A DNA stretch of 35,534 bases from Octopus bimaculoides (Eukaryota): assembly GCF_001194135.2 (NCBI RefSeq), contig NC_068986.1, positions 57,403,649 through 57,439,182 of the forward strand, in the 5' to 3' direction. Below the pieces are notes generated by a model that had not been told where the DNA came from, did not search any database, and was given only the letters and a program-made list of their open reading frames with translations. The number at the start of each line of letters is the position of its first letter. The stretch's first letter is position 1. Shown here piece after piece: positions 24,828 to 35,534 of the stretch. A program made the position numbers and the translations under genes.

Positions 24828-24864
24828 TCTTTGACGTTTCGAGCTACGCTCTTCAACAGAAAGA
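24828..24864 (-). ncRNA. 37-nt minimal type I hammerhead motif, CUGUUGA core variant
   Basis: Minus strand reads UCUUU CUGUUGA A GAGC GUA GCUC GAAAC GUC AAAGA. Stems I and II are perfect and stem III is replaced by the ACGU palindrome. Confidence 0.65.
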
Positions 24865-25328
24865 ATACGGNNNNNNNNNNNNNNNNNNNNNNNNNNNNNN
24901 NNNNNNNNNNNNNNNNNNNNNNNNNNNNNNNNNNNNNNNNNNNNNNNNNNNNNNNNNNNNNNNNNNNNNNNNNNNNNNNNNNNNNNNNNNNNNNNNNNNN
25001 NNNNNNNNNNNNNNNNNNNNNNNNNNNNNNNNNNNNNNNNNNNNNNNNNNNNNNNNNNNNNNNNNNNNNNNNNNNNNNNNNNNNNNNNNNNNNNNNNNNN
25101 NNNNNNNNNNNNNNNNNNNNNNNNNNNNNNNNNNNNNNNNNNNNNNNNNNNNNNNNNNNNNNNNNNNNNNNNNNNNNNNNNNNNNNNNNNNNNNNNNNNN
25201 NNNNNNNNNNNNNNNNNNNNNNNNNNNNNNNNNNNNNNNNNNNNNNNNNNNNNNNNNNNNNNNNNNNNNNNNNNNNNNNNNNNNNNNNNNNNNNNNNNNN
25301 NNNNNNNNNNNNNNNNNNNNNNNNNNNN

Positions 25329-25368
<40 letters not shown>

Positions 25369-25986
25369 AATATATGAGTATATGCATATATATGTACATG
25401 TATGTATATACGTTCATCCACATGTACATATAGATACATAACTGGGTACATATATAAGTGTGTGTGGAGGGAGAGAGAGTGGAAGGAGACTGACAAAGAA
25501 GAAATGTGTTTGCATGTATTCATATGTGTAAGGGGTGGGGCGCTGTACGACGGGATTCTCTATAGTTTCCATTTAACGACTTCGACTCACAAAGTATTCG
25601 TCAACTGGCAGTAACTTGTCAGTGTGTTGACATATGTTCTGAGATAATCGTTAATGTATTTATGTAGAAACACATTTATACGTATATCGTAGTAACCTAA
25701 AGTAAAGTTACGAGCGTAAATTTTTAGTAAACACCTATGTATACATGTCCCAGAAGTAGACTTCATAGTTAAACTATTATTTTCTCATTTTTAATTTTTT
25801 AATTATATTTATTTATTTATTGTCGAAGGAAGAAAACTTTTGGATTTACTATGCACTGTCACCAAAATACTAATTGAGTACTTACTAATAGCACATTCAG
25901 TTCAGCTTACATCTATTAGTATCTATTCTCCTTATCAATGTATTCGATTCTGTTGATTAATACATATTTGCAGACTTGTAAATATT

Positions 25987-26205
25987 CTTTTCTACTCTAG
26001 GCGCAAGGCACGAAATTTTTTGGGGGTGGGGTGCCAGTCGATTAGATCGACCCCAGTACGAGACTGGTACTTAATTTATCGACCTCGAAAAGATGAAAGA
26101 CAAAGTCGACCTTGTTGGAATTTGAACTCAGAACGTAAAAAATAGACGAAATACCGCTAAGCATTTGGCCCGGCATGCTAGAGTTTCTGCCAGCTCGCCG
26201 CCTTA
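25987..26205 (-). mobile_element. SINE family A, full length with a 16-bp TSD
   Basis: The TSD cagacttgtaaatatt occurs at 25971-25986 and 26206-26221. Confidence 0.9.
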
Positions 26206-26221
26206 CAGACTTGTAAATATT

Positions 26222-26452
26222 TATTTCTTTATTGCCCACAGAGGGCTAAACATAGAGAGAACAAACAAGGACAGACAAAGGGTTTAAGTCGATTACATCG
26301 ACCTCAGTGCGTAACTGGTACTTATTTAATCGACCCGAAAGGATGACAAGCAAAGTCGATCTCGGCGGGATTTGAACTTTGAACGTAAAGACAGACGAAA
26401 TATCGCTAAGCATTTCGCCCGGCGTGCTAGCGTTTCTGCCAGCTCGCGGCCT
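26222..26452 (-). mobile_element. SINE family A, second tandem copy with a different 3' tail
   Basis: The body aligns with the neighbouring copy; the tail differs (acagacaaag..tgtgggcaat). Confidence 0.9.
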
Positions 26453-26549
26453 GAGACTTGCAGTTATTGACAATTCAAAACTATTCTACAGAGCATGTCC
26501 ATAGATTTTCAGCCGTCACTGTTCGTACAAACATGCTAAACACAACACA

Positions 26550-26790
<241 letters not shown>

Positions 26791-26868
26791 GTATGTACGT
26801 ATGATCACAACTGTCCAACAATCGGTAACTTGAATCTCAGAGTAACAGTTTGTGGATATTATTTCCGC

Positions 26869-26908
<40 letters not shown>

Positions 26909-27159
26909 GTACTGGACATCACCAACTGTGTAAACAACACGAAGTACGAGAACAAACGAGTTATATACGCAAACAGCGAGAGAAACAAATGTTAAACAGG
27001 ACAAGTAACACAAAAACGACCCTTCATTTAGGTCTTGAACATCCAGCGTTGGGATCTGATTTAAAAACATTTGTGTTATTTCTAGCAATTAAAGCGACCG
27101 CGAGATATACAAGATTTATCTCCCTTAGATTTAGCATATACTAAGGAATGTAGTGGTTG

Positions 27160-27400
27160 TTTTATCTTTTACAGTCATCAGACTGCGGCCACTCTGAGCG
27201 CCACCTTGAAGAATTTTAATCGAACAAATCGACACCAGTTCTTTCTTTTTTATGCCTGTTACTTTTTATTGGTCTCTTTTACCGAATCGCTAAGGTAATG
27301 TGAACGTAAACACAGTAGCATCAGTTATCAAGCGGTGGTAGGAGAGAAACACAGACAAAACTCACAATACATATATACATGCATATACACACACACCCAC
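27160..27400 (-). mobile_element. SINE family C, 3' half
   Basis: The reverse complement includes cgcttgataactgatgct..ttagcgattcggtaaaagagaccaat..aaggtggcgctcagagtggccgcagtctgatgactg. Shorter tail copies lie near 23740-23805 and 28545-28632. Confidence 0.7.
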
Positions 27401-27703
27401 ACAAACACACAAACACACATATCTTCTATTAAAATTTCAAAAGAACTCCAAAAATTTGTGAAGTTACAGGTCTTTCATTTAAACTGAATTTTAAATAATA
27501 CGATATTGATATGATACAAATAAAACTTTGGGCCGCTGCCTTTGGTTTTGGGCCGCAGACCCAATTAGACCTCCGCAGGAGCTAGCTTAAATGTCCGCAC
27601 AGAGTGCGGGTTTCAAGCTAATATATACTGGTATATAAATAGACTAACAATTGTATATTCCATACAATTATTAAACTGTAAGCCTACTTTTGTACCACCC
27701 TGT

Positions 27704-27760
<57 letters not shown>

Positions 27761-27993
27761 NNNNNNNNNNNNNNNNNNNNNNNNNNNNNNNNNNNNNNNN
27801 NNNNNNNNNNNNNNNNNNNNNNNNNNNNNNNNNNNNNNNNNNNNNNNNNNNNNNNNNNNNNNNNNNNNNNNNNNNNNNNNNNNNNNNNNNNNNNNNNNNN
27901 NNNNNNNNNNNNNNNNNNNNNNNNNNNNNNNNNNNNNNNNNNNNNNNNNNNNNNNNNNNNNNNNNNNNNNNNNNNNNNNNNNNNNNNNNNNNN

Positions 27994-28027
<34 letters not shown>

Positions 28028-28888
28028 TATATAAGAGTGTATATCTATGTGTATGTCTCTGTGTGTATCTACTGAGTAATTTTAATTCTTTGCATGTGGG
28101 GATCTGTTTATTTTTATATTAACTATTTTCGTAAAATCCTAACTCTACCCTCTAAATTAAGAAGTCTTGTATAATTGACCACACAAGCTCTCTATTCTTG
28201 ATCAGTATTCATTTATCTTTTAGATATTAAATTTTGTTGATGTCTCTCAAATCCTAGTCCATCTTTGATACACCCGACATCGAAGATAATCTGCTTACGA
28301 TTCACCATACTGCCTAATGAGACATCATATATCAAACTGTACCTCATCTAAAGAGTCTTTTCTTGAGACTGGTACAGTTGTAATATCCGGAAAAATTTTC
28401 TATTATTGTTGACAGAGCGATCGTTCATGTGGAAGCGTTTCATTCCTAATAAGGGCACTACACCAATGCCACTTACGATTTCACCTTGAAGAACCAGATA
28501 AAACATACTCAACCATTATTGTACCTGTTCATACTTCGCTATTTTATTCTTTTACTTGTTTTAGTCATTGGAATGCAGCTGTCTTGGGGCATAGCTTTGA
28601 AGAGTTTAGTCGATTAAATTGATTCCAGTACTTCTTTAAAAGATTAAAATTTCTTTTGGAGAAATATTAATTTACGGGGCCGCTACCAAACCAATACTAC
28701 AATATCAGTTGTGAAACGGTGAGAAAACGATAAAAATACAAAATGTGTACGTATACACTCAAACATACACGCAAATATATTCATATGCCTCTGTGTGTGT
28801 GTGTTGTGTGTGTGTGTGTTGTGTGTGTGTGTGNNNNNNNNNNNNNNNNNNNNNNNNNNNNNNNGTGTGTGTGGGTGTGGGTGTGTGT

Positions 28889-28932
<44 letters not shown>

Positions 28933-29034
28933 TCAAAAAACAAAAGACGAAGACGGATGAGGGAACAACAAACGGGTCTATTACTTTGATCTGTGTGTTT
29001 TTGTACACATTCAGATGCATATACCCACATACTC

Positions 29035-29198
29035 AAATATATACAGTTTCCCTCTACCATACTCATTCAAAAAGACATTGGTCTGGTTTGATTCTTGCTA
29101 TACAACATTTGCACATAGTTCCACACACTGGGACTGAAAACGAAACCACTAGTTTGCGAAGTGAACTTCTTAGCAACACAGCTGTGCTTGCGCCTGTA
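29035..29198 (-). mobile_element. SINE family C head, degenerate
   Basis: The reverse complement reads gctaagaagttcacttcgc..ttcagtcccagtgtgtgg..ggtagagggaaactg. Confidence 0.55.
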
Positions 29199-29522
29199 TT
29201 GTTACAATAATGTTCGTTTTTGGTTTACACTTTAATAGCCATTGTTTATAGTTAATCACATTTAGTAACCGGGTACGCTACAGTTGTTGCATTTGTATTA
29301 TTGTTCATCTTGTTGTTGTTCCTGTTCACTAAAACCATTACTGCCACCATAGCTCCACTCACCTTTCAATCTCCATAATCATCAGCAGCAGCATCATTAC
29401 ACCCTGATGCTCTATTAGCGGGCGAACCATTAACTTCAACGCCATGTCTAAATTTAAAAATGAAAACATCACCGGACAATAATGTGCGTATGGTGTGACG
29501 ACATTAAAATTATGAAAATATT

Positions 29523-29523
29523 A

Positions 29524-29592
<69 letters not shown>
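29523..29592. repeat. (AAT)n microsatellite
   Basis: Directly visible. Confidence 0.95.
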
Positions 29593-29593
<1 letters not shown>

Positions 29594-30218
29594 GTGGCAG
29601 GAGGAGGTGGATATAGAAAAAAACAGTTAAATTCGTTGTATAGTATTAAAAGGAACGCAATGAATAAATGAAATACTGAAATTATTTTAAACATTTTAAT
29701 AAAGTATGGCGTGCTATCTATTGAATAAAAAATTAAAGAGTTTAATATCTAAAAAAGAATATGGTTTCTACCTTTGTCCGTTTGGTGCACTTGCGTTGTA
29801 TGTCTTTTTCTATTTCTAAGAGTGTATGTGATATTTTGATATTTTTAATAACAATATTTATATTCTTGCCTGGCGTCACATTGATAAAGTATTAGGTTTC
29901 CAACCAAAAGGTCAATGTTTCGTATTCTCTCACAGAGATTCAAATGCCTAATTCACCTTAGCTTCTATTGTAAACATTTACAACAAAATAGGAGAGGCAC
30001 CTCGCTATAGGCAACGCCAGCAATAAGTATCTAGGTAATATTTCGTGAGCCTGCAGTACTGTGTTTAGTAACGGATATTCATAGAGTCTGTGAAGCTTAT
30101 TTGCTATGTATGGGATATATATTTTTTTTCTTTCTTCGAAAAGCATAATTTACCTCTCCGAATGAACATGTTCCCTTTCATGGAAATAAACCTATCCTTA
30201 TACTTATTTGTCTATGCG

Positions 30219-30262
<44 letters not shown>

Positions 30263-30277
30263 GGAGAGAGAGAGGGG

Positions 30278-30619
30278 GGACTGAATGTAAGGATAAGCAA
30301 GTCAAGCAAGTCGACATACAAACGGTACTAGATATATTTAATACAAAAAAGAATGTACATATTTTTACATATAAAAAAGGTCCGACTTACACAGAATAGA
30401 AATGATATCAGGAATTAAAGGGATTGGATGAGAGTTTTGCGAGTCCAACAGCTGTTTCTGGGGGTCTGGGGGTCCAAAATAAAGATTGTAAATTGATTCC
30501 ATCATCGGATAATAACAGCCTCCGTCATCAGGAAAGAATTTTACATTTGAGGTACTGACAGAAAGGAGATTAAAGATGGAATCCACTTGACTAACTAGCT
30601 TATCCTTATATTTACTCCT
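30278..30619. mobile_element. About 340-bp repeat with short (~35-40 bp) inverted ends and a hammerhead-like remnant
   Basis: Ends are aatgtaaggataagcaagtcaagcaagt and acttgactaactagcttatccttatatttactcc. It is homologous to 22186-22482, with minus-strand CUGAUGA at 30525-30531. Confidence 0.7.
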
Positions 30620-30718
30620 GTACCTGCTCAAGTTCAAATCTCTTGAGCATTACGAAGTGTATTTTATAAGGAGAATATCTGTCTCTCATATATATATACA
30701 TATATATATACACAAATA

Positions 30719-30719
30719 A

Positions 30720-30792
<73 letters not shown>
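30719..30792. repeat. (GATA)n microsatellite
   Basis: Directly visible. Confidence 0.95.
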
Positions 30793-30795
<3 letters not shown>

Positions 30796-30849
30796 ATAAA
30801 TAGATAGATTACACAATCGCGCGGGCACACATACTTTTTGTTTGAAATC

Positions 30850-31110
30850 TCAAATTCCGAGTGAGTTGTAGGGCTGCCGTCCCGACATATTGTTCGCCAC
30901 ACCCCGCTTTCTATCGCGAACGTGTACCAATGACCTGCTAATCCTCACTTGCTGCTGCCCATTCAAATTTTTCTGTGTCCTCTTTTTCCCTCCTTTCGCA
31001 CTTGCTTGAAGAATCGTCTTTGTTAGGCTACTGATTCTTCTTACATAACCATACTACCTATAAAGTCTTTTCTTTAACATTGCATGTCTTCGTGGGTAAC
31101 AACATAAGGG
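30850..31110 (-). mobile_element. RTE-type LINE 3' fragment
   Basis: A minus-strand frame reads MLKKRLYR*YGYVRRISSLTKTILQASAKGGKKR, matching the RTE C-terminal motif VKKRKL.WYGHV.R...L.KTILQG.V.GGRRRG. Confidence 0.65.
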
Positions 31111-31198
31111 TGGATGGATACACACACCTACGCGTTTTTCATCTTTTTACATAGTTCAACTACGATATGCATAAGATATTGAGGATACATACATAATT

Positions 31199-31311
31199 CA
31201 TACATACATACATACATACATACATACATACATACATACATACATAAATAAATACATGTATGCATACGTACGTACATACATACATACGTACATACATTCA
31301 TATATACATAC

Positions 31312-31342
<31 letters not shown>

Positions 31343-31350
31343 CATACATA
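31199..31350. repeat. (ATAC)n microsatellite
   Basis: Directly visible. Confidence 0.95.
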
Positions 31351-32253
31351 CCAAAAATTCTCCATCTGAGACGCACACACTTGGGTATATGTATTTACAG
31401 TTCAACCAACACACTACCTCAACCACATTTTCCAGCACCAGAAACTCTTAACTCAAAAAGTCTTCTCGCTATGTTAGCAACCGGCTTGAACACTCTGAAA
31501 ATCTTAGATAAAACTCAAAGGAAAGTCATACATGTATACGTTACTAATAATTACCTTTAATATTTCTCTCAGTACACAAACATAATAATTAAGTGCATGC
31601 CTATGTGAGATAATGTGAACGAGGCTGAAGTTTGAATTTGTCTCCCTTGTTTTACTTCATTTTCTTTATTTCATGCATAGAGTTTCTAAGATAATGTCGT
31701 CATACCTTGCCGTCCTAATTTCATTGAGGTGTCATTTGAGGGAGATTTGGCTGATATTACTAGTAAGACTATATAAACATTCTGGCATTTGGATAGTTGT
31801 CCTTTATTATGACTATCTGGTGACTAAAAACAAAAACATTTATGTCAACACTTAAATGAACGTTTATAAAGAAATAACAGCGTACTGTAACTTATGCACA
31901 CTGAAACAAGCACAAGCGTATGTGGCGATGTGGCGGTGTGACTATATGTGTATATGTATATGTGTTTCTACGAGATTGTGTGTGTGTGTATGTGTGTGTG
32001 TATTTGTGCGCGCGCGTGTGTGTGTGTGTGCATGTGTGCTTAATTGGTTTTTGAACTCATGTGCCTAGCACTGTAAGTACGGGTGTATGATATTACTATT
32101 TCTTGGAGGATTTCAAATATCGCGAACAATTACACTGCATGCATATAAATATGTGTCTGTGTATGTAACTATCTATCTATGGAAGAACATATGTATGAAT
32201 ACATACACACATACACACATACATATATACATACATACTTACATACATACATA

Positions 32254-32347
<94 letters not shown>

Positions 32348-32593
32348 CGTGTAGNNNNNNNNNNNNNNNNNNNNNNNNNNNNNNNNNNNNNNNNNNNNNN
32401 NNNNNNNNNNNNNNNNNNNNNNNNNNNNNNNNNNNNNNNNNNNNNNNNNNNNNNNNNNNNNNNNNNNNNNNNNNNNNNNNNNNNNNNNNNNNNNNNNNNN
32501 NNNNNNNNNNNNNNNNNNNNNNNNNNNNNNNNNNNNNNNNNCATACACACATACACACATACATATATACATACATACTTACATACATACATA

Positions 32594-32687
<94 letters not shown>

Positions 32688-32904
32688 CGTGTAGACAGAG
32701 TAATTAATTACCTGTGATGTTTCTTTCAGCGCACAAACACAATGTATGGGTATTTAGAATAAAAATAAAACACATGATTGTGTCACATTTAATATAGTAA
32801 CGATGATTGTTGAACACGTGATAAGTCTATACAAATATGTATATATATATGTATCTGTGACTCTGCAACACTTCATTTAGCAAATAGGCCAGTGAGGGAG
32901 TGAC

Positions 32905-33058
32905 TCCGTCGGCGCTCAATGTGCTAGAAAATAGCATCCTACCACCTTCAAACACGAAGGACACATTGAAATATTTGGTCTCAGATAAATATGATATAAC
33001 GCTCACCGCCGGAACACCGGTCAAGAGTCTGCTCAACTAGAGCTGACCTCCCATTAAA
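32905..33058 (+). mobile_element. Family D repeat, degenerate
   Basis: Motif gtgctagaaaatagca..gaaggacacattgaaatatttggtc. A minus-strand homolog lies at about 33610-33815. Confidence 0.4.
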
Positions 33059-33564
33059 CGTATATAACTTCATTTCCAACAGGTGACATGAAATAAATTT
33101 GCGGCTGGTTGCAGGAGAAATGAATATTCATTGAAAGGTATATACCTTAAAAATTTGGCAACCACTAGGTCTCAAATACAACCCGACTATATGGCATCTT
33201 AGGTATATGCCATTTTCCACCGTCTCGAATAGGCCCATACGTTGTGAGTGAAATTCAGTACACAGAAACTGTATAGAAGTTCATTGGATTGATTGTTTCT
33301 GTGATTCAAATGCACCACCTTTATACACTATTTTATGATTTTACCTGGAAATTATGTTTAGAATGTACGCGGCTGTGGAACACTCAGCCTCCAACACGCA
33401 AATGCCTTGAATAGATGATTCGCTCGATCGATCTTCTGAATACTCAGCTTTGAAACACACGGAGAGCCATCCGTCCATTTCATTCTAATTTTTCTGTCTT
33501 AATATATCCTTTGGAAAAGTAAGTCAAAGGATTTGATAAAAAGATATGTCATACACATGCAAAA

Positions 33565-33600
<36 letters not shown>

Positions 33601-34462
33601 CACTAAAATTTAAGAATGCTATGGTGTCTTGTTGTTTAGACCCAGATTAGCCTGGGAAGAATGAGCTTATGCTCAAAGACATTTCAGCTATGACTCCACT
33701 ACTTTTTTTCTTTTTACTAAATCCACATATCTAAAATACATTAGCCAATGTACTCTACATACTTAAAAGACATTAGAGTATGATTTGATGGATATTTCGC
33801 TGTAATTCACTGACCCTCCAGAAATTCCATCGTGTGCAAATTTTGATGGGATCCAGCTGAAACCGTAAGCATGAATTCAACAAATTCATGAATTTTAGAT
33901 CACTACTTTAAATATTTTTGTATTTGGGAAATTGTAACAAAAGACTGACTCTCTGAAAGCTATGGAAATCCTGATAACATCTATGACAGAAAATAAAGGC
34001 GTGGGAATAGCCTCAATGGGTACATTAAAACACTGTTCTAGCCATGGTCAGTCAGGTCACTAAGTAAATTCAGTTTATCGTATAACGAATCTATAAAAAG
34101 ACTAAGGTCACTTGGTCCGCAAAGAAAATATAATGGTCAGCAATATTGCTGGTCAACGTAATATTGTACTTAAAAAAAATATTCAGAAACACTTGTGTTT
34201 TCTACTGTATGATGTCTGACTGATAACAATACGTTAATATCATAGACTTGCTTTGAATCAATTATTCGAACTCAGTAAGGGATTTGTTGAAACATAAAGG
34301 ACAGATATATGCTGCTGATGCTGCTGCTGCTACTGCTGCTGCTGTTGTTGTTGTTGTTGTTGTATAGCCCCAAGTCAATTCTGATTGAGCAGGCCGCTTT
34401 TGATATTATCTTAACGTGGTGACATTCTTACCGCGTTATTTAAATTTAAAGTTGGTGAAATA

Positions 34463-35058
34463 CCCTAGGCGTGTATGCATGGTAAGAAGTTTGCTTCCCA
34501 AACACATGTTGTCGGGTTCATTCCCGCTGCGGTGCACCTCAAGTTAGTGTCTTCTGTTATAACCTCGAACCGACCAAAGGCTTGTGAATGGAATTGGCTT
34601 ATAGAAACTGAAAGAAGCCCATTGTCATTGTGGTCTCTCTCTCTCTCTCTCTCTCTGTATGTAGTTGTGTGTGTGTGAGTGTATGTGAGTGTGTATGCGT
34701 GCGTGTGTGTGTTTGTATGTGCGTGTGTGTGTGTGTGTGTGAAATAATGAAGGTGGCTAGACGTAATTCAAAAACCAAAAAGGAGATAATTCACTAACAC
34801 TAAAATGTGACGAAGTGTGCAGGGAGTACCAACATTACTAGAAATAAGAGTCAAAGAATTATTTAGCCACAAAAGCACATTTTCTATTTACTGATAGAGA
34901 AGAGGAGACAACCTCCTCACCGCAATTGAGTGACATTAGATTGTCATGCTAATTTCGCATGAAATTTAATGCTCAGTAAATAGAAAACGTGCTTTTGTGG
35001 ATAAATAGTTCTTTAACTCTTATTTCTAGCAATGCTGGTGTACCTACACCCTTCGTCA

Positions 35059-35112
<54 letters not shown>

Positions 35113-35270
35113 TTGTGTGTATATGTATGTGTGTGTGAGTTTGTGTGTGTGTGTGTCTTTGTACTTGTGGTTATCTCCCACCACCATTTAACAACCGGCG
35201 TGTGATCGTTTGCATCTCCGAAACATAGCGGTTCGGCATAACAGACCAATACAATAAGTACTTGAATCAC
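34463..35270 (+). mobile_element. SINE family C, head (34463-34625) and 3' part (~35110-35270) separated by microsatellites and an insertion
   Basis: Head ggtaagaagtttgcttccc..gaaactgaaagaagccc; 3' part acaaccggcg..tagcggttcggc..caataagtac. Confidence 0.65.
34805..35061. mobile_element. Fold-back element with about 90-bp inverted arms, related to 20030-20360
   Basis: Arms 34805-34894 and 34973-35061 (atgtgacgaag.. / ..cttcgtcacat). Confidence 0.85.
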
Positions 35271-35534
35271 CAGCTAAACTAACAGCTCTTGAGTAAAACA
35301 ACAAAAATTTCGTTGCTTCTTCCAACCTTTTTTTCAATAGTCGTTGACTCTGTCCGTTATCAGAGCTGTGTTCTTTTTCGTTTGTTTGTTTGGTTGTTTG
35401 TGCATATGTATGTGCGTCAGTGTGCATGCGTGTACACCTATGTATGTATGTATGTATGTATGTATGTATGTATGTATGCATATATATACACACATACATA
35501 CATACATACTTACATACATACATACATGCATACA

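Noticed and set aside
25565-25620. Weak minus-strand hammerhead-like string (UUGACGA..GUCGAAG)
   Set aside because: Too many core and stem mismatches to separate from chance without a family consensus.
27684-27704. Tc1-like terminal motif tacttttgtaccaccctgta
   Set aside because: No partner TIR is visible; it could lie in the adjacent gap.
28140-28520. Possible LINE-derived coding remnants (also near 31400-31530 and 33830-34100)
   Set aside because: Only isolated short matches such as VLQG, LDKTQRK and GVGI; a translated search is needed.

Overview
AT-rich eukaryotic, non-coding (intergenic or deep-intronic) DNA from a draft assembly with ten N-gaps, most flanked by microsatellites. No host exon, rRNA or functional tRNA could be supported. 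Most ORFs in the track are microsatellite or gap artefacts. The window is a mosaic of simple repeats, at least four tRNA-type SINE families, decayed LINE fragments (RTE x3, CR1-group x1, R4/Dong-like REL endonuclease x1) and an internally deleted mariner. From recall, the SINE families resemble those of octopus/coleoid cephalopods; this was not verified by search. The most notable signal is a set of hand-folded type I hammerhead-ribozyme motifs (8600-8646, 8917-8962, 17713-17780, 20132-20191, 24828-24864, and a remnant at 30497-30536). They fall in five unrelated short repeat families, most arranged as inverted or fold-back repeats as in Penelope-like elements (PLEs). One of these joins a tRNA-like Pol III head to a hammerhead tail. 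All calls were made by eye with no database searches.
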